A stretch of 64,000 bases of DNA from an uncultured bacterium (GCA_965368975.1 CBDUPA010000013.1:128001-192000); one strand, 5' to 3'; shown: positions 42,853-52,650, numbered from the stretch's first letter. Program-made: numbers and translations. The notes: generated by a model not told the origin, from the letters alone.

Positions 42853-43853
42853 CAGACCCCCGGACGGACACCCACGCCTGGATCGTACCCGCGGCAGCCG
42901 AAGGTGAGCGCCTGGACCGTTTCTTGACCTCCATGCTCGAAGCACCGCGCAATCAGGTGCAGCACTGGATCCGCGACGGTCGGGTCGAGCACGCCGGCCG
43001 CACCGCGCGCAAGCCATCGCAGCCGCTGGTCACGGGCGACGCGGTGCGCTGCACCCCACCACCCCCCGCCACCGAGGACCCGCGCATCGAGCCGGAAGCC
43101 GGCGACCTGCACGTGCTCTACGAAGACGAACACCTGCTGGCTCTCGACAAGCCGCCGGGTCTCACCGTCCATCCAGGCGCCGGACGCGACACCGGCACCC
43201 TCGTCCACCGCTTGCTCCGCCGCTATCCCGAGCTGGCTGGTGTCGGAGGCACGGGCCGTCCCGGTATCGTGCACCGACTGGACAAGGACACCAGCGGCGT
43301 CCTGGTCGTCGCTCGCACGGCCGAGAGCTACCAGGCGTTGATGCGCGCCTTCGCCGAGCGCCGCGTGCGCAAGCAGTACCTGGCGATCGTCTATGGCGTG
43401 CCCCGCGAAGCCGCGGGCCGCATCGAGGCACCGATCGGCCGCCATCGCCACAAGCGCAAGGAGATGACCGTGCGCGGCGACGGCCGGCCGGCGCTCACCG
43501 ACTACCGCACCCTCGCCAGCTCCACCGAGACAGGCGCCGGCCTGGCGCTGCTGGAAGTCGACCTGCACACTGGCCGCACGCACCAGATCCGCGTCCACCT
43601 CAAGCACCTGGGACACCCCCTGGTCGGTGACCCAGTCTACGGCGAGGCACGCTGGCGCGGCCTGCTCGGCCCCAGCGGCCAGAAGCAGGCCCGCTTCGCC
43701 TGCCGCGACTTCCCGCGCCCCGCGCTGCATGCCTGGCGCCTGGGGCTCGACCATCCCGTCACTGGCAAGCCGGTCCAGGTCGAGGCACCCGTGCCCGACG
43801 ATCTACGCCAGCTGTGGCAGCAGGCGGCGGGCCAGGCCTGGCCCACCACCTGA
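42849..43853 (+). CDS. rluD: RluA-family pseudouridine synthase (RluD-like)
   Basis: S4-like RLDRFL, DKPPGLTVHPG, GIVHRLDKDTSG, TGRTHQIRVH, LHAWRL. Confidence 0.9.
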   Translation: MTDPRTDTHAWIVPAAAEGERLDRFLTSMLEAPRNQVQHWIRDGRVEHAGRTARKPSQPLVTGDAVRCTPPPPATEDPRIEPEAGDLHVLYEDEHLLALDKPPGLTVHPGAGRDTGTLVHRLLRRYPELAGVGGTGRPGIVHRLDKDTSGVLVVARTAESYQALMRAFAERRVRKQYLAIVYGVPREAAGRIEAPIGRHRHKRKEMTVRGDGRPALTDYRTLASSTETGAGLALLEVDLHTGRTHQIRVHLKHLGHPLVGDPVYGEARWRGLLGPSGQKQARFACRDFPRPALHAWRLGLDHPVTGKPVQVEAPVPDDLRQLWQQAAGQAWPTT

Positions 43854-43913
43854 CTGCATCGCCTGAGTGCTGGGCCCCATCGGCCCGCTGACAGACGTCA
43901 CGGAGCGAGGCGC

Positions 43914-44576
43914 TTACTCGGTCGCCGTCAGCACCGACTCGAGGGCTTCCTCGAAGACGTCATACGGCTGGGCGCCGCGCACCGGGCGTAGCACCGTCAC
44001 CTTGCCTTGCTCGGCGTTGTAGCGGCCGACCAGGAAGTTCGGCGTGCCCTGGATACGCAACCGCTGCGCCTCGTCCATGTCCTGGCGCACCGCGTCGGAA
44101 CTGGCGCTGCCATCCAGGCACTGACGGAAGGCGGCAACGTCGAGACCCACCTGCTCGGCATAGCCCGGCAGCTGCTCAGCCCCCAGGTTGCGCATGTTCT
44201 CGAACAGCAGGTCGTGCATCTGCCAGAACTTGCCCTGGTCGGCGGCGCACTGCGCGGCCTGTGCAGCCTTGAAGGCGTTGCTGTGCATCGGCAGCGGCAG
44301 GTCGAGGAAGATGTAGCCCACCTTGCCGGTGTCGATGTACTTCTCCTTGATCTGCGGCAGCGTCAGATGCGCGGCGCGGGCACAGTAGCCGCACTGATAG
44401 TCGGCAAACTCCACCAACACCACCTTGGCGTCCGGGCTACCCATGTACGGATCGTCCTGGACGTCCAGCACCTTGCTCGCCGCCTGCGCCTGCAGTGACG
44501 CCGGGGTCAGCAAGGTCAGGGCCAGGAGGGCCGCAACCAGGGTGAAGAGGGGCGTCGTCAGACTGTGCTTGCTCAT
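43914..44576 (-). CDS. DsbA/DsbG-like thioredoxin-domain periplasmic protein
   Basis: Signal peptide; EFADYQCGYC; GTPNF. Confidence 0.88.
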   Translation of the reverse strand: MSKHSLTTPLFTLVAALLALTLLTPASLQAQAASKVLDVQDDPYMGSPDAKVVLVEFADYQCGYCARAAHLTLPQIKEKYIDTGKVGYIFLDLPLPMHSNAFKAAQAAQCAADQGKFWQMHDLLFENMRNLGAEQLPGYAEQVGLDVAAFRQCLDGSASSDAVRQDMDEAQRLRIQGTPNFLVGRYNAEQGKVTVLRPVRGAQPYDVFEEALESVLTATE

Positions 44577-44953
44577 TGATGTTCCTCGCAATGTCTTTGT
44601 ACAGGTGTGTTTCTTCATGGCCACCCACGTGCGGCGGACGCAGGTTATCAGAGCCCAGCACTCGCCCCGGAGGCAGGCGTGCGCATCTAGGAATACGCAC
44701 TGAATCCCCCGCCGGTTCACCTGCGCCAACACAGCAGAACTTTTCCCACGCCTACCCTGAAAGCAGCAAAACCAGCCCCTTCGCTCAAGTTATTTCCGAA
44801 CAGTATCAAGCACTTGATTTACGCTCTGTTACCGCCTATATTTGTCGATCCGTATCGCTGGAAGTCACTGACATTCCAGTATTTACTCGCGGCACAAGAT
44901 CTTGTCCGCAGATACAAACAATCGTCAAATCGAGCCCCTCGAGAGTGCCCCTC

Positions 44954-47900
44954 ATGTCGTCCGACTTCCAGAAGCAGCTGCACAGCAACCCGTACAGAAG
45001 CTCCCCGAGCGCGCGCAAGGAGCAACAACGCCGCCATGCCGTCGACGCCGCCCAGCCCGCGCGCCGACGACGAAGCGAGCATCCCGAGTACGTCGAACTC
45101 CACACCGCTTCCGCCTTCTCCTTCCTCGCCGGCGCCAGCCAGCCCGAAGACCTCGCCGCCCGTGCCGCCGAACTCGAGCTACCCGCGGTCGCCCTGCTCG
45201 ACAGAGGTGGCGTCTACGGGGCGCCCCGCTTCTACAAGGCGGCCAGAGAAGCCGGCATCCGGCCGCTGGTCGGGGCCGAGATCGTGCTGGAAACGGCCGA
45301 GCCGGCCCCACATCGGGAGCCGGGATCTGGTGTAGGGGCATCCCCTTCCGATCCCCTGCTCCTGCCCCGCCTCAGCGTCCTGGTCCGCGACGCCGCCGGC
45401 TACCGCAACCTGTGCCGGCTGCTCACCGCTTCCGCTCGCCGCTACCCCAAGGGCCAGGCGCGCACCGACTGGGACCTGCTCGCCGCCCATGCCGGCGGCT
45501 TGCACTGCCTCAGCGGCGGTGACGAAGGCCCGCTCGCCCACCTCTTGGAAGGCACCGCACCCGAGCGCGCCGACCACCTGCTCGGTCACCTGCGCGCCCT
45601 CTTTCCCGGCCGCCTGCACGTCGAGCTGCAACGCCACCGGCTGCGCGCCGAAGAACACCGCAACCGCGCCCTGCTGCAGCTCGCCGAGCGCCACCGCCTG
45701 CCCATCGTGGCGACCAACGGCGTGCGCTACGCTCGTCCCGACGACAAGCGCCTGCAGGACGTCCTCACCTGCATCCGGCACCACACCCAACTCGACCGTG
45801 CCGGCCGCCTGCTCGACGCCCAGCGCCTGCGCTGCCTGCGCTCCCCCGCCGACATGCGCCGCGCCTTCGCCGACCTGCCCGCCGCCGTTACCGAGAGCGT
45901 GCGCCTGGCCGAGCAACTCGACTTCACCCTCGACGACCTCGGCTACCGCTTCCCTGACTACCCTCTCCCCACCGACGAAACCCCCGACTCCTACCTGCGC
46001 CACCTGACCTGGAATGGCGCCCGCGCCCGCTTCCGTCCGCTCACCGCGCGCGCCCAGGCGCAGATCGAGAAAGAACTGGCGATGATCGAGAAACTCGGTC
46101 TGGCCGGCTACTTCCTCATCGTCTGGGACCTGATCCGCTTCTGCAAGCAAGAGAACATCCTCGCCCAGGGCCGCGGCTCGGCCGCCAACAGCGCCGTCTG
46201 CTACGCCCTCTCGATCACCGCCGTCGACCCGGTCAAGATGGAGCTGCTGTTCGAGCGCTTCCTGTCCGAAGAACGCGGCGAGTGGCCCGACATCGACCTC
46301 GACCTGCCCTCCGGCGCCCAGCGCGAGAAGGTCATCCAGTACGTCTACCAGCGCTACGGCCCCCACGGCGCCGCCATGACCGCCAACGTCATCACCTACC
46401 GTGACCGCTCCGCCGCGCGCGAGGTGTCGAAGGCTCTCGGCTACTCCGCCGAACAGGTCGGCCGCCTGTCCAAGATCCTCCGTTCCTGGAGCTACGACCA
46501 GCGGCGCGGCGACCAGGACCGCGGCACGGAAGACCTCGACCAAGAACTCGCCAAGAGCGGCTTCGAGCCGCAAGAGCCGCGCATGCGGCTGTTCAAAGAG
46601 CTGTGGCACCAGATCCAGTACCACCCGCGCCACCTCGGCCAGCACAGCGGCGGCATGATCATCGCCCACGGCCGCCTCGACGAAGTCGTGCCCCTAGAAC
46701 CCGCCGCCATGGCCGGCCGCACGGTCATCCAGTGGGACAAAGACGACTGCGCCGACTTGGGGCTCATCAAGGTCGATCTCCTCGGCCTCGGCATGCTCAA
46801 CGCGCTCGAAGAGGTCGTGCCGCTGATCCGCGCCCACGAAGGCAAACACGTCGACCTCGCCCACCTGCCGCCCGACGACCCCAAGACCTTCAAGATGCTG
46901 CAGCAAGCCGACACTGTCGGCGTCTTCCAAGTCGAAAGCCGCGCCCAGATGGCCGCCCTGCCGCGCAACCACCCCGAGCGCTTCTACGACCTCGTCATCC
47001 AGGTCGGCATCATCCGCCCCGGCCCCATCGTCGGTGGCATGGTCCACCCCTACTTCGAACGCCGCCGAGGCCGGCAGAAAGTCGAGTACCCGCACCCCAG
47101 CCTCGAACCCGTCCTGCGTCGCACCCTCGGCATCCCCCTGTTCCAGGAACAACTCCTGCGCATCGCCATGGTCGCCGCCGGCTTTTCGGGAGGCGAAGCC
47201 GAAGAACTACGCCGCGCCATGGGCTTCAAGCGCTCCGTCGACCGCATGGTGTCGATCGAAAAACGCCTGCGCGCCGGCATGCGTCAACGCGGCATCCCCA
47301 AGGACGCCGAAGACCAGATCGTCCAGAGCATCACCAGCTTCGCCCTCTACGGCTTCCCCGAGTCCCACGCCGCCAGCTTCGCCCTCATCGCCTACGCCAG
47401 CGCCTACCTCAAAGCGCACCATCCCACCGCGTTCCTGATAGGCCTGCTCAACGCCTGGCCGATGGGCTTCTACTACCCCGCCACCCTGATCAAAGACGCC
47501 CAACGCCACGGCGTCGAGGTACGCCCGATCGACGTGCAGGTGTCGGGACAGCGCTGCCGCTGGGAAGACAATAGAAGATTGGGTGCGGTGCGGTTGGGAT
47601 TGCGCTTCGTGCGTGGACTCAGAGCGGAGAGTGCCGTCGCGATCGAGAAAGCCCAGCCCTTCGAGGACGTCGAAGACCTGACCCGGCGCGCCGGCCTGCG
47701 AGGCGAGGAGGTCAGCAAACTCGCCCACACCGGTGCGTTGGCGTCCCTCGGCCTGAGCCGACGAGAAGCCATGTGGCAGGCCGCGAGAGTGACTAGAGAT
47801 GCCGGCCCGCTGTATCGGAACGAGAAAGACACCGCACCGTCACCGCTGCCGGAGATGAACGCCACCGAAGAGATGGTGGCGGACTATGAGGGCACGGGAC

Positions 47901-48268
47901 TGACGACGGGGGACCATCCGATCCGGTTCTTGCGCGAGCAGCTGTCCAAACAAGGCGTCGTGCCAGCGGCGGTTCTGGAGAAGATGGCGGCGGGTCAGAT
48001 GGTCAAGGTGGCCGGATCGGTGATCGTGCGTCAACGGCCGGGGACGGCGAAGGGCGTGCTGTTCATCACCGTGGAGGACGAAAGCGGCATGGTGCAGGCG
48101 ATCGTGTCGCCGGAGCAGATGCAGCAGAACCGGAAGGTGATCGTCGGGGCGGCGGGGCTGGTGATCGAGGGGAAGTTACAGCGTCGAGATGGGTCGATGT
48201 CGATTCAGGGACAGAAATTCTGGGGGTTGGAGGAGGTGGTGCGTGGGGGGAGCCATGATTGGCATTAG
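44954..48268 (+). CDS. dnaE2: Error-prone DNA polymerase DnaE2
   Basis: YVELHTASAFSFLAGAS, QGRGSAANS, PDIDLD, HLGQHSGG, KVDLLGLGML, YGFPESHAASFA, RQRPGTAKG, C-terminal SHDWH. Confidence 0.95.
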   Translation: MSSDFQKQLHSNPYRSSPSARKEQQRRHAVDAAQPARRRRSEHPEYVELHTASAFSFLAGASQPEDLAARAAELELPAVALLDRGGVYGAPRFYKAAREAGIRPLVGAEIVLETAEPAPHREPGSGVGASPSDPLLLPRLSVLVRDAAGYRNLCRLLTASARRYPKGQARTDWDLLAAHAGGLHCLSGGDEGPLAHLLEGTAPERADHLLGHLRALFPGRLHVELQRHRLRAEEHRNRALLQLAERHRLPIVATNGVRYARPDDKRLQDVLTCIRHHTQLDRAGRLLDAQRLRCLRSPADMRRAFADLPAAVTESVRLAEQLDFTLDDLGYRFPDYPLPTDETPDSYLRHLTWNGARARFRPLTARAQAQIEKELAMIEKLGLAGYFLIVWDLIRFCKQENILAQGRGSAANSAVCYALSITAVDPVKMELLFERFLSEERGEWPDIDLDLPSGAQREKVIQYVYQRYGPHGAAMTANVITYRDRSAAREVSKALGYSAEQVGRLSKILRSWSYDQRRGDQDRGTEDLDQELAKSGFEPQEPRMRLFKELWHQIQYHPRHLGQHSGGMIIAHGRLDEVVPLEPAAMAGRTVIQWDKDDCADLGLIKVDLLGLGMLNALEEVVPLIRAHEGKHVDLAHLPPDDPKTFKMLQQADTVGVFQVESRAQMAALPRNHPERFYDLVIQVGIIRPGPIVGGMVHPYFERRRGRQKVEYPHPSLEPVLRRTLGIPLFQEQLLRIAMVAAGFSGGEAEELRRAMGFKRSVDRMVSIEKRLRAGMRQRGIPKDAEDQIVQSITSFALYGFPESHAASFALIAYASAYLKAHHPTAFLIGLLNAWPMGFYYPATLIKDAQRHGVEVRPIDVQVSGQRCRWEDNRRLGAVRLGLRFVRGLRAESAVAIEKAQPFEDVEDLTRRAGLRGEEVSKLAHTGALASLGLSRREAMWQAARVTRDAGPLYRNEKDTAPSPLPEMNATEEMVADYEGTGLTTGDHPIRFLREQLSKQGVVPAAVLEKMAAGQMVKVAGSVIVRQRPGTAKGVLFITVEDESGMVQAIVSPEQMQQNRKVIVGAAGLVIEGKLQRRDGSMSIQGQKFWGLEEVVRGGSHDWH

Positions 48269-49149
48269 GCGTCGTGGGCGAGGCGGAAGCCGACCGTATG
48301 AAAACGCATCGATTCTGGGAAGCCACTCCTATAGGCCGCACGCACCCGACGAGCCATAGATGTCCAAGAGCCACCTCTAAAGACGCGTTCAACCTTCTTG
48401 CTAGGCGAATCTTTCCTATCCTCGCCATCAGAAGGTAACTCCCAAACGTCTAAACACCACTCCCAGACGTTGCCCAGCATGTCATACAACCCCCAAGCAT
48501 TGGGAACCTTCATTCTGACGAGGCGAGTACCGGCCTTAGAATGCGAATACTGGACCTCCTTCCAACTTCTAGAGTCCCATCCAGTTTCTAAATCGAAATC
48601 TACTCCGCTGTTTCCTGCATACCAAGCAATTCTATCCAGCAAAGGAGCATTGTTAGCACCGACCAAGCGCAGTTCACCAACGTAGGTACTTGTTTGAGTA
48701 CCAGCCCGACATGCATACTCCCATTGGGCCTCAGTTGGTAAAGATACCGCTAGTCCCGGAACCTGCTTATTCAGCTTCTCCAAGAATGATCTACAGTCCC
48801 ACCAACTAACTTGATCTACCGGCCGCTGCTCTGACTGGAAATCGCTAGGATTCTCACCCATCACTGCTTGCCAGAGATCTTGAGTACATGGTGTCTCACT
48901 GAGCCAGAAGCTCTTGGTGAATGTCACCTCATGCTGTGGCCCTTCCTGATCGAATCGGCCCTGCTCCGTCTCCGGAGAGCCCATCAGAAACCGTCCCGGC
49001 CGGATCCAGCGCATCCGGTGCGTCACCTCGCCGACCGTGAAGCCCACGAAGACACCGTACTGGTCTTCTCCCCACTCGCTCGCCCAGATCGGAGGGGCGC
49101 CTTCGTCGAGGGGGTGCGGGATGGTCTGGACTCCGCCAAATCTACCCAC
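48265..49149 (-). CDS. Stand-alone FGE-sulfatase (SUMF1/CLec-fold) domain protein of the MoxR-vWA operon
   Basis: FLMGSPE, LPTEAQWEYACRAG, PNAWGLYDMLGNVWEWC, RGGSW, GFRLA. Confidence 0.9.
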   Translation of the reverse strand: MGRFGGVQTIPHPLDEGAPPIWASEWGEDQYGVFVGFTVGEVTHRMRWIRPGRFLMGSPETEQGRFDQEGPQHEVTFTKSFWLSETPCTQDLWQAVMGENPSDFQSEQRPVDQVSWWDCRSFLEKLNKQVPGLAVSLPTEAQWEYACRAGTQTSTYVGELRLVGANNAPLLDRIAWYAGNSGVDFDLETGWDSRSWKEVQYSHSKAGTRLVRMKVPNAWGLYDMLGNVWEWCLDVWELPSDGEDRKDSPSKKVERVFRGGSWTSMARRVRAAYRSGFPESMRFHTVGFRLAHDA

Positions 49150-52100
49150 TTACTCTGGATCCCTGGCGAGACGGAAGCCCACATAGTCAAGGTGCTCGCT
49201 CAAGTTAACCGAACGACGAAAAGCGGCACGAATACAGTCGGCACTATCGTCCCAAGAACCTCCGCGAACAACGCTGAATGAACCCGAATCTGCAGGTAAT
49301 GGGTCCACTTGCGTCTCGATACCGTACTCGGGATGCAATCCAAGCCGATCGGCACACAACTCATTTACGTTGCCCAACATGTCGTACATCCCCCACGCAT
49401 TTGGCTGCTTTAAGCCAACAGATCTTGTGCCACCGATTGCCCCAGAATATTGCCTTCCTTCCCATCCCGACATATTGCTCCCCTTCTCCAGATCAAAACC
49501 GTGCGTGCAGTTACCACCATACCAAGCGATCGCATCTAGCATGGGAGCATTGTATTTCGCCAAGATCTCTGGAATGCCAGAATAGGTGGCCGTCTGCGTC
49601 CCAGCTCGGCATGCGTACTCCCATTCCGCCTCAGACGGTAGGCGAAGAGCAAGACCTGATCGCGTCTGGTTCAGCTTCGACACGAACTCTTGGCAGTCCT
49701 CCCAGCTAACCTGTTCTACAGGCCGCCGATCCGACTTGAAGTAGCTCGGATTCTCTCCAGTCACCCCCTGCCACAGATCCTGTGTTACCGGAAACTCCCC
49801 CATCCAAAAACCACACGTCCAGGTCACAAGATGCTGCGGCCCTTCGTTGGCATACCTTGGCGTCTCCGACTCCGGCGACCCCATCCAAAACCGTCCCGGC
49901 GGAATCCATCGCATCCGCACCTCGACCCTCCCGACCTCGAACGCCGCCCAGAGCCCAAACCGATCCCGCCCCGCCGCGCTCGCCCACTCCGGACGGGTGA
50001 AGCGCCGCAATTCCACGCGCTGGCGATCCGACGTGATGATCACCGCTGGCGCCTTCGGCAGCACTACCTTCGCAGGGCCAGATCCGAGCGGGATCCGCTG
50101 CCACAATCCCTCGCCGTGGCTCTCACGTTCGAGATCTCCGGCGTCACCAGCGCGTCCCGCGCCTTGCTCCGCCTCCGTCTCGCCCGCTCTCTTCTTGGGC
50201 TCCGCCGGCTCTTCCTGATCTTGGGCCAGGCGGACGCCCAGGTGGCTGAAGCGATCGCCCGGGGGGCGCCAGTTGCGGTACGCGGCGCGCACGTAGCGCG
50301 CGTCGTAGATCCAGGAACCGCCACGGACGACCCGGTCCGAGCCCAGCTCGGGACCCTGCGGATCCGTCACAGCCTCTGCGGAGTAGTCACCCTTCCAGTC
50401 CTGGCACCACTCGAACACGTTACCCAGCGTGTCGAAAAGGCCCCATGCGTTCGCGCCTTTCTCGCCGACCTCGTGAGTGCCACCCTCACTGTTCGCACCG
50501 TACCAAGCAATCCCCTCAAGTTCGGAGCTGTAGCGGCTCGTTCTCGTTCCAGCCCGGCACGCGTACTCCCACTCCGCTTCTGTGGGCAGGCGGAGCCGGA
50601 GACCTGCAACGCACTCGTTCAGCTTCACGAGGAGCTGCTGGCAGTCGTCCCAGCTGACTTGCTCTACCGGCCGCCGGGGCCCCTTGAAGTAGCTTGGATT
50701 CTTGCCGGTGACGGCCTGCCACAAGTCCTGCGTCGTCGGTACCTCGGCCAGCCAGTAGCCACGACTGAGCGTGACCTGGTGCTGCGGCCCTTCGTCGTCG
50801 TCGCGCTCTTCTTCGTCCTCCGGCGAGCCCAAGAGGAACGTTCCCGGCGGGATCCAGCGCATCCGGACACGGACTCCCTCGACCTCGAAAGCGGCCCAGC
50901 GGCCGTAACGGTCTTCACCGCCGTCGATGGCCCAGGAGGGGAGGGGCTCAACCGACTTCGTTTCCAGATGTAGGAACTCCCGCGCCGAAAGGATTTCAAT
51001 CCAGGGACTCCTGCCTGCGGCCTGCAGCGCCTCTGCAACACCATTGGCCCGGACTTCTAGCCCCCCTCCAACCTCCCACAACGCGTACCTTCGTTCACTC
51101 TGCCCCGCGTACTCCTCCACCTCAGCCGGGCTCAAGAGCTCCGGGACCGGCACGTTCTTCAACCGACTCCGAGCCAGCCTCAACGTCCGCGTCAAGACCG
51201 GCCCCAGCTCGGAGTCCTTCCAGGCACGTTGCGGCAATCGCGGACAAGCTCGCGCGAACCAGTGCAGAATCGGCAACTGGTGCGAGGCCTGCTCTCCTTC
51301 CTCCTGCACCGTGACCGCCAACTGCTGCCAGAAGCATTCCATCGCCTCGACTTCATCGGCAGACACCAGAGACAGGGCACCGGAAGTAACCAGGCTCAGC
51401 ACTTCTTCCTGCCAGATCTCCTGCGGCAACGAGGTATGCCAACGACGGATCACCGCAACAGCCTGCTCTTGCAGCACCGGTTCCAATTCCAAGAACGCTC
51501 GCCGCCAACGCTCGACGGCCTTTGACTGGAAGCTCAGGCCAACCGGCGAGCTACTGTCGACATCGGGATGGTTCCAAGCGTCGATCTCTGTGCCGATATC
51601 AGCGTCTTGCGCGGGCAAGACTTGCCGCAGAGCACGCAGCAGGCCGGGCTCGATGCGCAAAGCCGGGGACATCAGGGTAAGCAATACCTCGCTTCGAGCC
51701 TGCAACTCCCTTGCAGACAGTGAACGTCCACGGCGAGCCGGTGAGCGCAAGGGGTTGCCGGCGTCGAGTGGCTTCCAGAGCCGGGTCACACCTGACGTCC
51801 AGCGGTTGGCCGGGAGTGGTACGACGGACCGTAAGCGCGCTTCCCGCCGCTGCAGCCGACGTCCAAGGCGTTTCCAGGCCTGGCGTTGCCGCTTGTCCCC
51901 TCGGAATCCCAAGTCGCTCAGAACAAGAACAGTGTCGCCGCGCAGGGCTTCAGGATTCAACAGAGAATTCGGCAGCAACCAGGGGCCACTAGCCCCACAC
52001 AGACTGGTCGCCACACGTAGGCTCGCCACACCCAGAAGGCGCCGCAACTTACAAACGAGAACATCCTGATCGTGCCAGAAGGGAACCAGGGAGACATTCC

Positions 52101-52650
52101 GGTCGATCAGGACTGTCACCCTGGGGCTCCAAGCCGCGGTGCGGAGTCTAGGCATCTCGGGAACGATCTCTCCGCGACTCCAACGCCGCACGAGCGCCGA
52201 CACGTCGACACGCCGACTCGGGATCGATGAGCGCAAGAGTCGATGCAGGGCAGGCTCGAGCCGTGCCCAGGGGGCGGTCGGTGGCGAAGCCGGCCAGTCC
52301 TGGCTCGGACTGAGAGCCGCCAAGTCAAGTCCACCGGCGTTCTCTTCCGTAGGCTCCGCCGACTCCGGTTCTTCGAAGAACTCGACCCTCTCCGGCCGCC
52401 AGAAGGGAGTGGGAGCCAGGGGGGCCCGGGCCTGCTCCGCAGGATCGTGCTCAACGGCCTGCGCACCTCGAGTTACTACCGCTTCCGCACCGGCCGTGGC
52501 GCCGTCTCGCACGGCTGGCCCCGTTTCAGGTCTCTGGTACCCCAGCATTCGAGCCGTGCTTCGCAGCTCAGACTCGCCAGCCACGAGTGCCCGCAAGAGG
52601 TCAGCTCGGCCGAGGCACGGCGGTCGCCGGGCAGCGGCTTGCAGGCTCAC
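49150..52650 (-). CDS. vWA-like protein with two tandem C-terminal FGE/CLec domains
   Basis: Degenerate MIDAS VLIDRNVSL and VLVLSDLG in the N-terminal half; two FGE domains (LPTEAEWEYACRAG and LPSEAEWEYACRAG); GTGA overlap with the MoxR gene. Confidence 0.85.
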   Translation of the reverse strand: MSLQAAARRPPCLGRADLLRALVAGESELRSTARMLGYQRPETGPAVRDGATAGAEAVVTRGAQAVEHDPAEQARAPLAPTPFWRPERVEFFEEPESAEPTEENAGGLDLAALSPSQDWPASPPTAPWARLEPALHRLLRSSIPSRRVDVSALVRRWSRGEIVPEMPRLRTAAWSPRVTVLIDRNVSLVPFWHDQDVLVCKLRRLLGVASLRVATSLCGASGPWLLPNSLLNPEALRGDTVLVLSDLGFRGDKRQRQAWKRLGRRLQRREARLRSVVPLPANRWTSGVTRLWKPLDAGNPLRSPARRGRSLSARELQARSEVLLTLMSPALRIEPGLLRALRQVLPAQDADIGTEIDAWNHPDVDSSSPVGLSFQSKAVERWRRAFLELEPVLQEQAVAVIRRWHTSLPQEIWQEEVLSLVTSGALSLVSADEVEAMECFWQQLAVTVQEEGEQASHQLPILHWFARACPRLPQRAWKDSELGPVLTRTLRLARSRLKNVPVPELLSPAEVEEYAGQSERRYALWEVGGGLEVRANGVAEALQAAGRSPWIEILSAREFLHLETKSVEPLPSWAIDGGEDRYGRWAAFEVEGVRVRMRWIPPGTFLLGSPEDEEERDDDEGPQHQVTLSRGYWLAEVPTTQDLWQAVTGKNPSYFKGPRRPVEQVSWDDCQQLLVKLNECVAGLRLRLPTEAEWEYACRAGTRTSRYSSELEGIAWYGANSEGGTHEVGEKGANAWGLFDTLGNVFEWCQDWKGDYSAEAVTDPQGPELGSDRVVRGGSWIYDARYVRAAYRNWRPPGDRFSHLGVRLAQDQEEPAEPKKRAGETEAEQGAGRAGDAGDLERESHGEGLWQRIPLGSGPAKVVLPKAPAVIITSDRQRVELRRFTRPEWASAAGRDRFGLWAAFEVGRVEVRMRWIPPGRFWMGSPESETPRYANEGPQHLVTWTCGFWMGEFPVTQDLWQGVTGENPSYFKSDRRPVEQVSWEDCQEFVSKLNQTRSGLALRLPSEAEWEYACRAGTQTATYSGIPEILAKYNAPMLDAIAWYGGNCTHGFDLEKGSNMSGWEGRQYSGAIGGTRSVGLKQPNAWGMYDMLGNVNELCADRLGLHPEYGIETQVDPLPADSGSFSVVRGGSWDDSADCIRAAFRRSVNLSEHLDYVGFRLARDPE

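Noticed and set aside
44793-44802. TTTCCGAACA shared between the dnaE2 upstream region and ~57998 upstream of the RiPP promoter
   Set aside because: A 10-bp match without a palindromic partner; not a full CGAAC-N4-GTTCG or GTTC-N7-GTTC box; likely chance.
48265-52650. FGE domains as sulfatase-maturing enzymes for the sulfatase at 33336-36263
   Set aside because: They lack the catalytic Cys pair of true formylglycine-generating enzymes, and that sulfatase has a Thr motif that needs no FGly.
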